From Chloroflexota bacterium (GTDB taxonomy: Bacteria; Chloroflexota; Dehalococcoidia; Lucifugimonadales; UBA3495), in the NCBI GenBank assembly GCA_028875055.1, contig JAPPGG010000072.1, positions 51,032 through 115,031 of the forward strand: 64,000 nucleotides of DNA, written 5' to 3'. Shown in pieces: positions 27,237 through 36,098 of this stretch; the first letter of the stretch is position 1; every line of letters begins with the position of its first letter. The notes under the pieces were generated by a model. The model saw only the letters and a list, made by a program, of their open reading frames with translations. It had not been told where the DNA came from and did no database searches. Made by a program: the position numbers and the translations under genes.

Positions 27237-30200
27237 ATGATTGCCAGCGACACTAAGCCACTCTACGCCCCGGCAAGACCAGGCGCCCTTACGCCTGGGG
27301 CCCTGCTGCGGCAGTGGCTGAGTGGTGTTGTTCATCCGGCTGCCAATTTGGTGTCACACCTTCGCGGGCAATCGCGGCAAGAGCTAGTGAAGAAAGTTCG
27401 CCAGGTTCGCCTGGATATGGCCCTGGAAGACTGGTCCGACTCGGACCTTCGCCGGCAAATGGACGACCTTCGGGCCGCCTTTTCTGAAACTCCAGGCCCC
27501 TCTGCCCGCGTCAATCGCCTTGTAGTCGCCTTCGCCATTGTCGATGAAAGTATTCGCCGGCGCGTGGGCTTCGGGCGTTTATTCAGCGACTCGGGCCGGT
27601 CCCCCGCTTTTGAGGCCTGTTTCGAGGCCTCGCAGGGACGTCGGAGCCTCAATGAGCTTTCGCCAGATGAAAAGACCGTCGCCGAAGCGATGATGCGGGC
27701 GGGCGCAGCAGGGAATGGTCGTTACGGTATTGACCTGATGTTCCCCGCCGGCCTCTACCGGGCGCTGGCTTCGGTGGACACCTCCGGTTCACTGCGCTTT
27801 CAGCCCACCGACGAGCAGCTGCTGGCGGGTATGTACCTGCTGGACAACCGGGTTGTAGAAATGCAGGCCGGCGAGGGAAAGACCGTTGCCATTGCTTTCG
27901 CCGCCATAGCCCACGCGCTTGGCGGACGGCATGTTCACATAATCACCGCCAATGATTACCTCGCCGACCGGGACTGCCGGCTACTGGCCCCGGTGTACAG
28001 GTCCCTTGGATTCTCTGCCGGCGCCATTCTGGAAGCCCTGGATGGCGCGGAGCGCAAGGCCGCCTACCAGAGCGATATTGTTTACGGCACCCTGAGGGAA
28101 CTGGGTTTCGATTTTCTTCGCGACCGACTGGCTGCCAGGGTCGAAGACGTGGTGCAGACCCCCCTTGGGGTGGCCATAGTGGACGAAGCGGACCAGGCGC
28201 TGGTGGATGAAGCGGACACTCCCCTCATTGTTTCCGGCCCACCGCTGCCCCAGTACCGTCCCTGGGCCCGCGTTCAAAAGGCGATCGGCGAAGTTGTCCA
28301 GGAGCAGCACAGAATCGCCGGGCAATATCTGCAACAGCTCAACGGCCTGGCCCCCGACGACAGAGCGTATGGCCGGTTGCTTTGCCTGGGGCTGCTTGCC
28401 AACCCCCACAGCAAGGACCTGCAGCGTCTTGCCCGCAACAATCCAGGTTCCTGCCGGCGGGGCCTTGGGGAACTCTACCCCGACGGCGGGGACAGTCCCG
28501 ACATGGCCCTCATCGCGAATCTGCTCTATGTCGTTGACCTCCACGAGCGATTCGTTACCCTCACCGAGAAGGGCGTGGACTTCCTTTCAAGTCGCCTGGG
28601 CGAATTCTGTCCCGCTTCCAACCACGGAGGCAAAGGTGGCGGGGACTCTGACCAGCTTACGAGGAGAGCGTCCCGGCAGCTGGCCCTGGCCAACCAGGTT
28701 TACCAGTCCCTCCGGGCCAACCTGCTCTTCGAAAGGGACGTCGATTACATCGTTTTCGATGACGCCGTCATACTGCTCGACCGGAACACCGGGCGTACCA
28801 GGCCCGATAACACTTACCGGTTCGGCCTGCAGCAGGCGGTGGAAGCCCGCGAAGGCGTAACCGTCCATCCCGAGAGTGAAACCGTGGCCCAGATTTCAGT
28901 CCAGGACTTTGCCGGGCGCTATCAGTTTCTTGCCGGCATTACCGGCACGGCCACCGCTGCCGCCAATGAGTTCAGGCGCCGCCACTCCCTGGACACCAAC
29001 GCAGTTCAACCCACTCAACCGTCCCAGCGTGTGGACTTGCCTTCCAGGATATTTGCTTCAGAAAGGCTGAAAATCGAGGCCATAGTGGAGGAAGTATCCT
29101 GGTGCCGGCGCATGGGCCGCCCGGTACTGGTGGGGACCGGTTCGGTCGGTTACTCCCTCGAAATCAGCCGGGCCCTCCGCGACGCCGGAATACACCACCG
29201 GGTCCTCAATGCAGTCCAGTCCCACCAGGAAGCGGACATTGTGCGCACTGCCGGCGCCCCGGGTGCGGTCACCGTGGCCACCAATATGGCTGGCCGGGGA
29301 ACCGATATCGTCCTCGATTCGGACGTGAACGATGTAATACTTGCCCGATGGGCTGACTTCGTTCTGGAAGCGGCCGCCGAGCAGCGGTTGCCCCTGGCAA
29401 TAAAGTGTTGCTCCAGGGCGGAGGCCGACCTTCTTGAGTCGGCCCTGGCAGATTCGCCTCTTATTTCAGTCTCTAGAGTCGGCGCACCCGGGGCGGAAGC
29501 CCTCCTGGTAACTGACCCACCCAGCCGGCTAGCCTGCAACCTGGACTCTGGCTTGTTCCATTGGGAATTTGGCCTGGGTCTCCACGTCATAAGCGCCGAG
29601 TTCAACCGGTTTCCCAGGGTTGCGCTGCAGCTCAGGGGACGCAGCGGACGCCAGGGTCTGTTTGGTTCAACCCGCTCAGTACTTTCCTGGGAAGATCCCG
29701 CTCTCCTCTCCCTGGGCCAAAGCCGCCCGGCCTTCCGGCGCTGCCAATATGAAGATGCCAGCGGCCGAGCCTGCTGGGAAGGTCAGGCTGTGGAAAGATA
29801 CATCGCCCGGCGGCAGGAGAACGCCGAGCAAGAGGCGGCTCAGCGCAGAAGCGTTGCCGGCGACTTTGCCTCCCTGATTGACGCCCAGAGTTCCGCCTAT
29901 TACGAGCTGCGCCAGGAACTCCTTTCCGGTCCTCGGGTCCTTGAGCGGTTGCCGGGCATTCTTTCAGACCGGGGTTCCCGCCTGGTACTGGAACATTTTC
30001 CCAACCTTGATACCGCCAGCTATCGTCAGCGCTATGAAGCCCTGATAAATGACGCCCGGCAGCGTTACGGGATAGTACTGGAAGAATTGTATGGGCTGTC
30101 ACTGGCCGCACTGCCTGCCGAAGTAGCCGCCAGAATGCGGCAGGCCGTGGACGAATTGGAACAGAGTCGCGGCCCCAGGGAGTTCAACTCACTGGTCCGG

Positions 30201-30479
30201 GGCTTGTGCGTCGAAACCTGCGATGAGTTGTGGCGCCGACACCTGGCCGACCTGCACCAGTCCGTTTTCAGTTCCCTCCTGAATGGCTATGGCCACAAGT
30301 CCGCGGTAGCCGACTACATTATCCACGCGGCGCAGTTGTGGGACCGTTTCAGCGACGACCTGTGGGACACGGTTTGTTCCAGATTGCTGACCCTTCCCTC
30401 TCCGCTGGATGAACCCGCAATCGGAAATCCCGTGGAGTGCGAAGAAATCCGAAGGGACCTGCTTTCCCTGATCCAGTGA
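27237..30479 (+). CDS. Divergent SecA-family ATPase (SecA paralogue, 1080 aa)
   Basis: Collinear with SecA. Walker A MQAGEGKT (27870-27884), ITANDYLADRD and DEADQALVDEADTPLIVSG. PPXD-flanking LFERDVDYIV, GLQQAVEAREGV and TGTA. NBD2 has PVLVGTGSV, ATNMAGRGTDI and QLRGRSGRQG. HSD/HWD-like tail (DELWRRHL). It differs from canonical SecA in several places (see findings). Confidence 0.9.
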   Translation: MIASDTKPLYAPARPGALTPGALLRQWLSGVVHPAANLVSHLRGQSRQELVKKVRQVRLDMALEDWSDSDLRRQMDDLRAAFSETPGPSARVNRLVVAFAIVDESIRRRVGFGRLFSDSGRSPAFEACFEASQGRRSLNELSPDEKTVAEAMMRAGAAGNGRYGIDLMFPAGLYRALASVDTSGSLRFQPTDEQLLAGMYLLDNRVVEMQAGEGKTVAIAFAAIAHALGGRHVHIITANDYLADRDCRLLAPVYRSLGFSAGAILEALDGAERKAAYQSDIVYGTLRELGFDFLRDRLAARVEDVVQTPLGVAIVDEADQALVDEADTPLIVSGPPLPQYRPWARVQKAIGEVVQEQHRIAGQYLQQLNGLAPDDRAYGRLLCLGLLANPHSKDLQRLARNNPGSCRRGLGELYPDGGDSPDMALIANLLYVVDLHERFVTLTEKGVDFLSSRLGEFCPASNHGGKGGGDSDQLTRRASRQLALANQVYQSLRANLLFERDVDYIVFDDAVILLDRNTGRTRPDNTYRFGLQQAVEAREGVTVHPESETVAQISVQDFAGRYQFLAGITGTATAAANEFRRRHSLDTNAVQPTQPSQRVDLPSRIFASERLKIEAIVEEVSWCRRMGRPVLVGTGSVGYSLEISRALRDAGIHHRVLNAVQSHQEADIVRTAGAPGAVTVATNMAGRGTDIVLDSDVNDVILARWADFVLEAAAEQRLPLAIKCCSRAEADLLESALADSPLISVSRVGAPGAEALLVTDPPSRLACNLDSGLFHWEFGLGLHVISAEFNRFPRVALQLRGRSGRQGLFGSTRSVLSWEDPALLSLGQSRPAFRRCQYEDASGRACWEGQAVERYIARRQENAEQEAAQRRSVAGDFASLIDAQSSAYYELRQELLSGPRVLERLPGILSDRGSRLVLEHFPNLDTASYRQRYEALINDARQRYGIVLEELYGLSLAALPAEVAARMRQAVDELEQSRGPREFNSLVRGLCVETCDELWRRHLADLHQSVFSSLLNGYGHKSAVADYIIHAAQLWDRFSDDLWDTVCSRLLTLPSPLDEPAIGNPVECEEIRRDLLSLIQ

Positions 30480-30566
30480 AAATCACGCTGCGCCGCGCCG
30501 GAAAGTCTCTTCCCGGCAGGGCGTCCGATTCCAGGAGCATTAGTCTTCCACCGGCAAGGAGTTGAA

Positions 30567-31391
30567 ATGGCCATAAGAATCAGAAGAATGAGCTCCGCGC
30601 TGTTTGCCGGCGCCATGCTGGCGGGGTCTCCGTTGATATCCGCGTGCAGCGCCGGCCCCACCTACGACACCTGGGCTGCCACCGACGGCGCCGCCGGCAG
30701 GATTAACCTGGACGACGTTCAGGAGGCATTCAAGGATTCCAGCAGCGCCACTGAGTTCGAGAATCGCGTCAACGAAATTTACGAGGGAGACGGCATAATC
30801 ATCATTCGGGCTCTCCAGGACGGAGACCGCCTGACCCTGGAAGGCTGGGAGGACCTGAACAATGACACCCAGATTGACGACTCCAGGGATGACCTGCTCT
30901 TCACCATCGTCAATCAGAATGACCAGAACGAGCTTCGCGGCCACCACGCCAACAGCTATTACCACAGCAGCTTCGGCGGCGGCGGCTTTTTGTTCGGCTA
31001 TATGCTGGCCACCGCCTTTATGCCCGGTCCATACTTCTACTCAACGCCGGTGACCCGCGGCTCTTCCATCCGCCAGACCCGCTCCTCCTATCGCCAGTCC
31101 GGCCGATACGGCACCCAGGTAGCCCGCAACAGCCGGTACGCGACCCAGCAGCAGGGTTTTGCCGGCTCCCGCTACCAGGATTCCGGCCGCAATCTCAGCT
31201 CCAACCGGCAGACTTACCAGCAGACGCAGCGAACTTCCGGCGCCTTTCGTTCCAGCAGCGCCGTTTCCAGGTCCAGGGGAACCTCCGGCTTTGGTTCCTC
31301 CGGATTCCGCTCCAGGAGCGGCAGCTTCAGCGGCGGCGGTGGCCACCAGAATCTGACTGGCAGGCGAGGCTCCACCCCGGATGCCCCCTGA
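30567..31391 (+). CDS. Predicted lipoprotein with R/S/G/Q-rich low-complexity C-terminal tail
   Basis: AAGGAG RBS 5 nt upstream. Signal peptide ending in the lipobox-like LISAC. A small acidic globular region, then the hydrophobic/Gly patch GGGGFLFGYMLATAF. The last 100 aa or so are dominated by R, S, G and Q. Confidence 0.75.
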   Translation: MAIRIRRMSSALFAGAMLAGSPLISACSAGPTYDTWAATDGAAGRINLDDVQEAFKDSSSATEFENRVNEIYEGDGIIIIRALQDGDRLTLEGWEDLNNDTQIDDSRDDLLFTIVNQNDQNELRGHHANSYYHSSFGGGGFLFGYMLATAFMPGPYFYSTPVTRGSSIRQTRSSYRQSGRYGTQVARNSRYATQQQGFAGSRYQDSGRNLSSNRQTYQQTQRTSGAFRSSSAVSRSRGTSGFGSSGFRSRSGSFSGGGGHQNLTGRRGSTPDAP

Positions 31392-32409
31392 CCGCCTGCA
31401 TATCGAACTGGCGCTGGAGGGTTTGCCGCCGGACGCCGTTCTTGAGTTTGAACTGCAGGAGGGCGCCACCGGCCTTTCCCTGGCCTCGCTTCTGGAAGAG
31501 GTTTTTCCTCGCGACGAGGCCGCCAGGATGGAGGTGGAAGAGTCCTTCGACTTGCGGTTAAATCCCGACGTGCCTGAAATCTACGGAGAATTCCTGGCGG
31601 TGGTCCGGCAATACCGGGCGGGCTTGTGCTCGCTCTCGGTCAGCTCCACCACTGGCCAGGACCTGTCCCCCACGGACCTGGTGGATGACCTGGTGGCCCC
31701 GGGTCCTCCCGGGAGCTTTTCGGTCCTGTCTCTGTCCCTGGCCGCCCAATACGATCCCCTGGAATATGCCGGGGACCAGGGTTACGATGCCGGCGAGCCG
31801 GACCTCCTGCACTGGTTGCTGGTGTGCTTAACGATGTACTTTATTGACAAGCACGAGTCATCCCTGCCAGCGCAGGAAAGCCTTGACCAGTGCCCGCCAT
31901 TGGCCTCGGCGGTGGATGAAATCCTCTCCCGAAACCTTGTAGAAACAGGGGACAACCCTCCAGCGGCTGCCATTACCCCCGAGGGCCGCAGGTTCATCGG
32001 AGACCTCCTGGCCGAAACCGAGCAGTTGATCGACTCTTATGACCTCTTCAAGGATGCCTGTTGGGATAAGGATACCGGCCAGGCCCTCTTTGGGACCGGA
32101 CAGGGGGAAGACTTGAGGGTCGAAGTGTTCATAGCAGATTCCATCGACCCGGTACGCGCCGTTTTTCTGCTTCGCCTCTACGACGGCTCGCTGGACCTTC
32201 TGGCTGACCGCTGGCCCGAGGCAGCCGCCGACATCGACCTCTTCAACAACTTGCTCTTGCCGGTAGTGGACCGGAGCGTCACTGAAAGTGAGTTGCTTGA
32301 GGAAATCATCGAGCAGGGCATGGAGTTGCTGGAGTCCCAGCAAGAAAGGATAAGGGAGGAAACCATATACAGAAGGGCTGCCCGCAGCGCGCTGGCCGAT
32401 GGATGCTAG
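31381..32409 (+). CDS. Hypothetical acidic protein (342 aa)
   Basis: ATG overlaps the 3' end of the lipoprotein gene by 11 nt (ATGCCCCCTGA). Strongly acidic, with no motif I recognise. The segment ITPEGRRFIGDLL is vaguely wHTH-like. Confidence 0.65.
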   Translation: MPPDRLHIELALEGLPPDAVLEFELQEGATGLSLASLLEEVFPRDEAARMEVEESFDLRLNPDVPEIYGEFLAVVRQYRAGLCSLSVSSTTGQDLSPTDLVDDLVAPGPPGSFSVLSLSLAAQYDPLEYAGDQGYDAGEPDLLHWLLVCLTMYFIDKHESSLPAQESLDQCPPLASAVDEILSRNLVETGDNPPAAAITPEGRRFIGDLLAETEQLIDSYDLFKDACWDKDTGQALFGTGQGEDLRVEVFIADSIDPVRAVFLLRLYDGSLDLLADRWPEAAADIDLFNNLLLPVVDRSVTESELLEEIIEQGMELLESQQERIREETIYRRAARSALADGC

Positions 32410-32462
32410 GAAATTGCACCGCACTCGACACCATTCTGTTGGTGGTGCAGTCTTTAGGGTCT

Positions 32463-32584
32463 GTCGTCAAATTGAAAATGGAAGCTCCCCAACCCACCAT
32501 TTCGTCGTTCCCGCGAAGGCGGGAACCTCGCCAGCTGCAGTCAGGATTCCTCCTGTTTCAAGAACGGCGAGCCGTTTTGACGAT
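32463..32584 (+). repeat. Family-B 122-bp intergenic element, copy 1
   Basis: GTCGTCAAA...TTTGACGAT terminal inverted repeats. Central perfect hairpin GTTCCCGC-GAAG-GCGGGAAC (32507-32526). Near-identical core to the copies at 52042 and 62793. Confidence 0.8.
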
Positions 32585-32669
32585 ACCCCCTGGTCTTTAA
32601 GGCTGAAGCTGTGGTGGGTTAAGACCGTCCCAAATGGCGCCACATTAAATTGTCGCCCGCTCCAAAACG

Positions 32670-32695
32670 TCTCGCCTGAGCGACGTCAGGCGAGA
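32670..32695. terminator. Bidirectional intrinsic terminator between convergent genes
   Basis: TCTCGCCTGA-GCGACG-TCAGGCGAGA gives a 10-bp stem. Flanked by CCAAAACG on the left (T-run on the minus strand) and AACCTTTTTCC on the right. Confidence 0.6.
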
Positions 32696-32760
32696 AACCT
32701 TTTTCCTATCCCCGGGGCTCACCGGCTAGACTGGAGTGGCGAACCCCCCTCGCAGCCAGC

Positions 32761-33663
32761 CTAAATGGCAAAAAACAGTATCAGGGAAGAACTGATCACC
32801 ACCGTGCTCTCCAGTAGCGCCACCCCGAGGTTGCGGCCCTCACTCATCTGCTGTGCGACCTTTACCCCGGGTAGCAGCAGCAGGTCCACAATCAGGCGAA
32901 GAATATAGAGCAGCACAAATCCTATGATAGCGAAAACCACGAATTCCGTGATGCTGGCCTGCCAGCTTACGAAATCGCCGGACAGGGCCTTCAGCATTAC
33001 CAGGCCGATGGCAATAAGGTTGCCGCCGAAGGCCACCCCTACGGCCGCGTTATCCTTCTCGATCTCATCGTGTACGTCGAACGAGGTGGTCAATTCATAG
33101 AACAGGGCAAACAATACCAGCACTACCAGGCCAAGCCCCAGGAAGACCAGCGTGGACACGGCTTCAAGGACCTCGCTCCCGCCCCCGCTTCCCGTGAGGG
33201 AGCCGGCAATCATCAAGCCTGTGGCTACGCTGATTCCGAACTCGGCGGCGCCGGTTCCCACGTTCCGGTCCTCAACGATTTCCTTCTCTACGTTGAACTT
33301 GTACAGCACCAGCTTGTCCATCACCAGTCGCAGAATGTTCAGCGCGACAATGCCGCCCAGGGAATACAGGAACACCCTGAGAACATCTACGCCAAACTCG
33401 GCGTCGAACCCCAGCCCCGGGTCCAGCAATGCCAGGTGCGCCGGCTGATAGACTGCCCCCACGAATACCAGCACAACCCCCAGCAGGTACCCCGACAGGC
33501 GCAGGGATTCCGCCAGGTTCTGCTTCTGGACTACTTCCTCATCCTCCTTGAGGGTGGTGATAGCGCTTCTGACCAGCTTGGCCAGCAGTACCACCACTAC
33601 GCCCAGGACCACATAAACCAGCCCCCGGGGGAAGAACGTCAGTGAATCGATCAGTGCTTCCAT
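32761..33663 (-). CDS. DUF350-repeat integral membrane protein (YjfL-like)
   Basis: Multiple hydrophobic helices with repeated DUF350-like segments (AAEFGISVATGLMIAGSL; NAAVGVAFGGNLIAIGLV). The start ATG at 33663 lies 17 nt after the DUF4178 stop, with AAGGAG overlapping that stop. The track's longer N-terminus is R/G-rich. Confidence 0.75.
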   Translation of the reverse strand: MEALIDSLTFFPRGLVYVVLGVVVVLLAKLVRSAITTLKEDEEVVQKQNLAESLRLSGYLLGVVLVFVGAVYQPAHLALLDPGLGFDAEFGVDVLRVFLYSLGGIVALNILRLVMDKLVLYKFNVEKEIVEDRNVGTGAAEFGISVATGLMIAGSLTGSGGGSEVLEAVSTLVFLGLGLVVLVLFALFYELTTSFDVHDEIEKDNAAVGVAFGGNLIAIGLVMLKALSGDFVSWQASITEFVVFAIIGFVLLYILRLIVDLLLLPGVKVAQQMSEGRNLGVALLESTVVISSSLILFFAI

Positions 33664-33680
33664 AAAATCTGCCGGCTCCT

Positions 33681-34271
33681 TTACCCGGGCCGTTCCCCCG
33701 GATAGAGCTGTATGTTTTCTTCCGAGATAATGTCCGCGAAGTGAGCTTCGAAGGGCGTGCCCTCGAATTTCGTGATTGACAGTATTCTGCTCTCGTCCTC
33801 GGCCAGGAACTCCCACATGTAGAACCCTTCCCCGTCCGTGGGCCGGTTGTCCTTGAAGTAAAAGGCCTCGAAACTGTTGCGGTACATGAAACGCAGCCCG
33901 TCAAACTCAATGGACCGGTCGATCGACCTGCGTTCATCCATCTCCAGCAGGGCGGACTCAGGCAGGCCTATGGCTTCCAGGCCCACAGGGCGTCGGTTGT
34001 CGGTGGCAGTAACGAACAGGGTTGGGCCATCCTCCGACCACTCCAGCCATATGCGATTCTCCGCGTCCGCCACCACCAGTTCGTACCAGACGGCCCCGTT
34101 GCCACCGTAACGATGCAGGCTTTCAACCACAAAATAACATTCTTCGTAGTCCAGGGCCCAACCCTGTATGGTGACCACGTCCCCCACCCGGGCCTCCCTC
34201 AAGCTGTTATCGGCCCGAAAGCCCGTAGGGGCCGGCCGCTTCTTCCCCCTGCCAAAAAGTCCCCGAAGCAT
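33681..34271 (-). CDS. DUF4178 domain protein (YjfK-like)
   Basis: 196 aa, beta-rich. ARVGDVVTIQG...WYELVVAD...IWLEWSED resembles DUF4178 as I recall it. Operonic with the DUF350 gene, a pairing I recall as recurrent. Confidence 0.7.
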   Translation of the reverse strand: MLRGLFGRGKKRPAPTGFRADNSLREARVGDVVTIQGWALDYEECYFVVESLHRYGGNGAVWYELVVADAENRIWLEWSEDGPTLFVTATDNRRPVGLEAIGLPESALLEMDERRSIDRSIEFDGLRFMYRNSFEAFYFKDNRPTDGEGFYMWEFLAEDESRILSITKFEGTPFEAHFADIISEENIQLYPGERPG

Positions 34272-34628
34272 GTTGTCTGTTCCTTCTCTCTCGAATTAGC
34301 TGGTTTTGGGAGAGGACGGCCTTCAACGTCCCTGGCTTCTACCGTAGGCGGCTGCAGCCTCCCTTCCCTGCTCAAAAGCAACAATAACTGGACAACATCA
34401 TAGCACGGGGCCGGTTGGTCGAGGGTTTGCAACGGCGGCCCTGTTGCCCAGCTTTGCGATTGTCGCCAGGCAGGCAGCCAACCCGGTTAGCCCGCGGGTT
34501 GCCCTCGCGGCAAAACCGGTTCTGAAACCCTGCCAAGGAACTTCGCCCCCTTCCGGTTCCGGGGGTCCGATCACCTGATCAAGAAGGGTGCTTGCCAGGC
34601 AGTCCCCCTGATTTGCATTGCCCTGCCC

Positions 34629-34657
34629 TTGACCCCTAATGGCGGGAAATGTATTGT
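34629..34657 (+). promoter_or_regulatory. Candidate promoter for the small-TM/pspA operon
   Basis: TTGACC (34629-34634), 17-nt spacer, TATTGT (34652-34657). Confidence 0.4.
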
Positions 34658-34733
34658 GGAGTTGAGCAACTCAGATACGGTGCTCACTTTTTTCGCATTT
34701 CATCCTTTCAAATCCATGTAGGCGGTGAACCTG

Positions 34734-34904
34734 ATGGGCTCATTCGGCGGCATCCTCGCTGCTATTTTTCTGCTGATTCTCGGGGTGCTCCTGATAACCG
34801 GTATTCTCGATTTCATCCTGTGGATACTTGGCGCCGTCTGCATCGTGCTTGGCATAATTGTAGGCGCCATGGCAGTTTTCGGAGGCAAGAGAAACAGCTT
34901 CTGA
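34734..34904 (+). CDS. Small hydrophobic two-TM protein (56 aa), not in the ORF track
   Basis: MGSFGGILAAIFLLILGVLLITGILDFILWILGAVCIVLGIIVGAMAVFGGKRNSF*. Clean hydrophobic periodicity and a basic C-terminus. It lies 100 nt upstream of pspA on the same strand. The competing track ORFs here are R/H/W-rich. Confidence 0.5.
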   Translation: MGSFGGILAAIFLLILGVLLITGILDFILWILGAVCIVLGIIVGAMAVFGGKRNSF

Positions 34905-35004
34905 ATTCGGACCCCCAGGTTTCCGGCCATTCGGTTTCAACCCGATTCCACGAAAGAATAAATCGAACAGGCTCCCCATCCTATCCAGTCTGGAGGTCCC
35001 CAGC

Positions 35005-35775
35005 ATGGGAATGTTCTCAAGAATGTCCACAATCGTTAAGTCAAAAATGAACCGAATCCTGGACTCAGCGGAAGACCCCAGGGAAACCCTCGATTACTCC
35101 TACGAGAAACAGCTGGAAATGCTCCAGAACGTGAAGCGGGGCGTGGTGGAAATGGTTACCGCCAAACGCCGCATCCAGCAGCAGGCAGCCAAGGTGCGCG
35201 AGAACGTTACCCGCCTCGAGCGCCAGGCCAGGCAGGCCCTGGACGCCGACCGGGAAGACCTCGCCCGTCTGGCCCTGCAACGCAAGCAGAACGCTCTCAT
35301 CGAACTTCAGGGTCTGGATGAGCAGATCGAAGGAATGGAGCAGGAACAGCAGAAACTCACCATCGCCGAGCAGAGGCTGCAGGCCAAGGTTGACGCCTTC
35401 CGCAACAAGAAGGAAATCATCAAGGCCCAGTACACCGCAGCCCAGGCCCAGGTGAGGATCGGCTCGGCCCTGGGAGGAATCTCCGAGGAAATGAGCGACG
35501 TTTCCCTGGCTGTGCAGCGCGCGGAAAACAAGACTGACCAGATGCGGGCCAAGGCCGGCGCCATCGATGAGCTCGTGGAAACCGGCGTTCTGGACGACAT
35601 CACCGGACCCCAGGACGACATTGAAAGGGAGCTCTCCCAGATCTCCATTTCCCAGGGCGTCGAGGAAGAACTTGCCGCCCTCAAGGGTGGTGGCTCCGGC
35701 GCCAGGGCGTTGCCAGCCTCTCAGTCTGCCGTGGACGCCGAACTGGACGCTCTCAGAAACCAGGGTTCCAGCTAA
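35005..35775 (+). CDS. pspA: PspA/IM30 (Vipp1) family protein
   Basis: MGMFSRMSTIVKSKMNRILDSAEDPRETLDYSYEKQ parallels the PspA N-terminus [25 protein letters not shown]. Long coiled coil. GGAGGT RBS. Confidence 0.9.
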   Translation: MGMFSRMSTIVKSKMNRILDSAEDPRETLDYSYEKQLEMLQNVKRGVVEMVTAKRRIQQQAAKVRENVTRLERQARQALDADREDLARLALQRKQNALIELQGLDEQIEGMEQEQQKLTIAEQRLQAKVDAFRNKKEIIKAQYTAAQAQVRIGSALGGISEEMSDVSLAVQRAENKTDQMRAKAGAIDELVETGVLDDITGPQDDIERELSQISISQGVEEELAALKGGGSGARALPASQSAVDAELDALRNQGSS

Positions 35776-35796
35776 TCTAGGGGCAGGTGGACAAAG

Positions 35797-36075
35797 ATGA
35801 TCGTAAGAATTCTGGGTGAAGGCCAGTTCAATCTGCCCGGCGCGGCAATCGACGAGCTGAACGAAATTGACAACCGCATGGTGGAAGCCGTGGAGGCGGA
35901 AGACCGCTCCACGCTGACTGCTCTGCTTCAGGAAATGGAAACCCTAGTCCGCGAAAAGGGAGAGCCGGTACCTATCGATGAGCTGGTGGAGTCAGACCTG
36001 ATTCTGCCCGAAACCGACCTCACCCTGGAAGAAGCCGAAAGCATATTTGTGGGCGAAGGGCTCCTGCCAGGTTAG
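35797..36075 (+). CDS. Small acidic PspA-associated protein (PspAA-like)
   Basis: 92 aa and very acidic, 21 nt downstream of pspA. Its size, position and MIVRILGEGQF... start fit the PspA-associated small protein family as I recall it. Confidence 0.6.
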   Translation: MIVRILGEGQFNLPGAAIDELNEIDNRMVEAVEAEDRSTLTALLQEMETLVREKGEPVPIDELVESDLILPETDLTLEEAESIFVGEGLLPG

Positions 36076-36098
36076 TTTCCGTATCGCACCAATCCAGC

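Noticed and set aside
34649-35050. 133-aa + strand ORF spanning the small-TM ORF and the pspA start.
   Set aside because: It lies in a different frame from both. Its sequence is R/H/W/S-rich and overlaps the well-supported pspA start and RBS. The hydrophobic 56-aa frame is far more protein-like.
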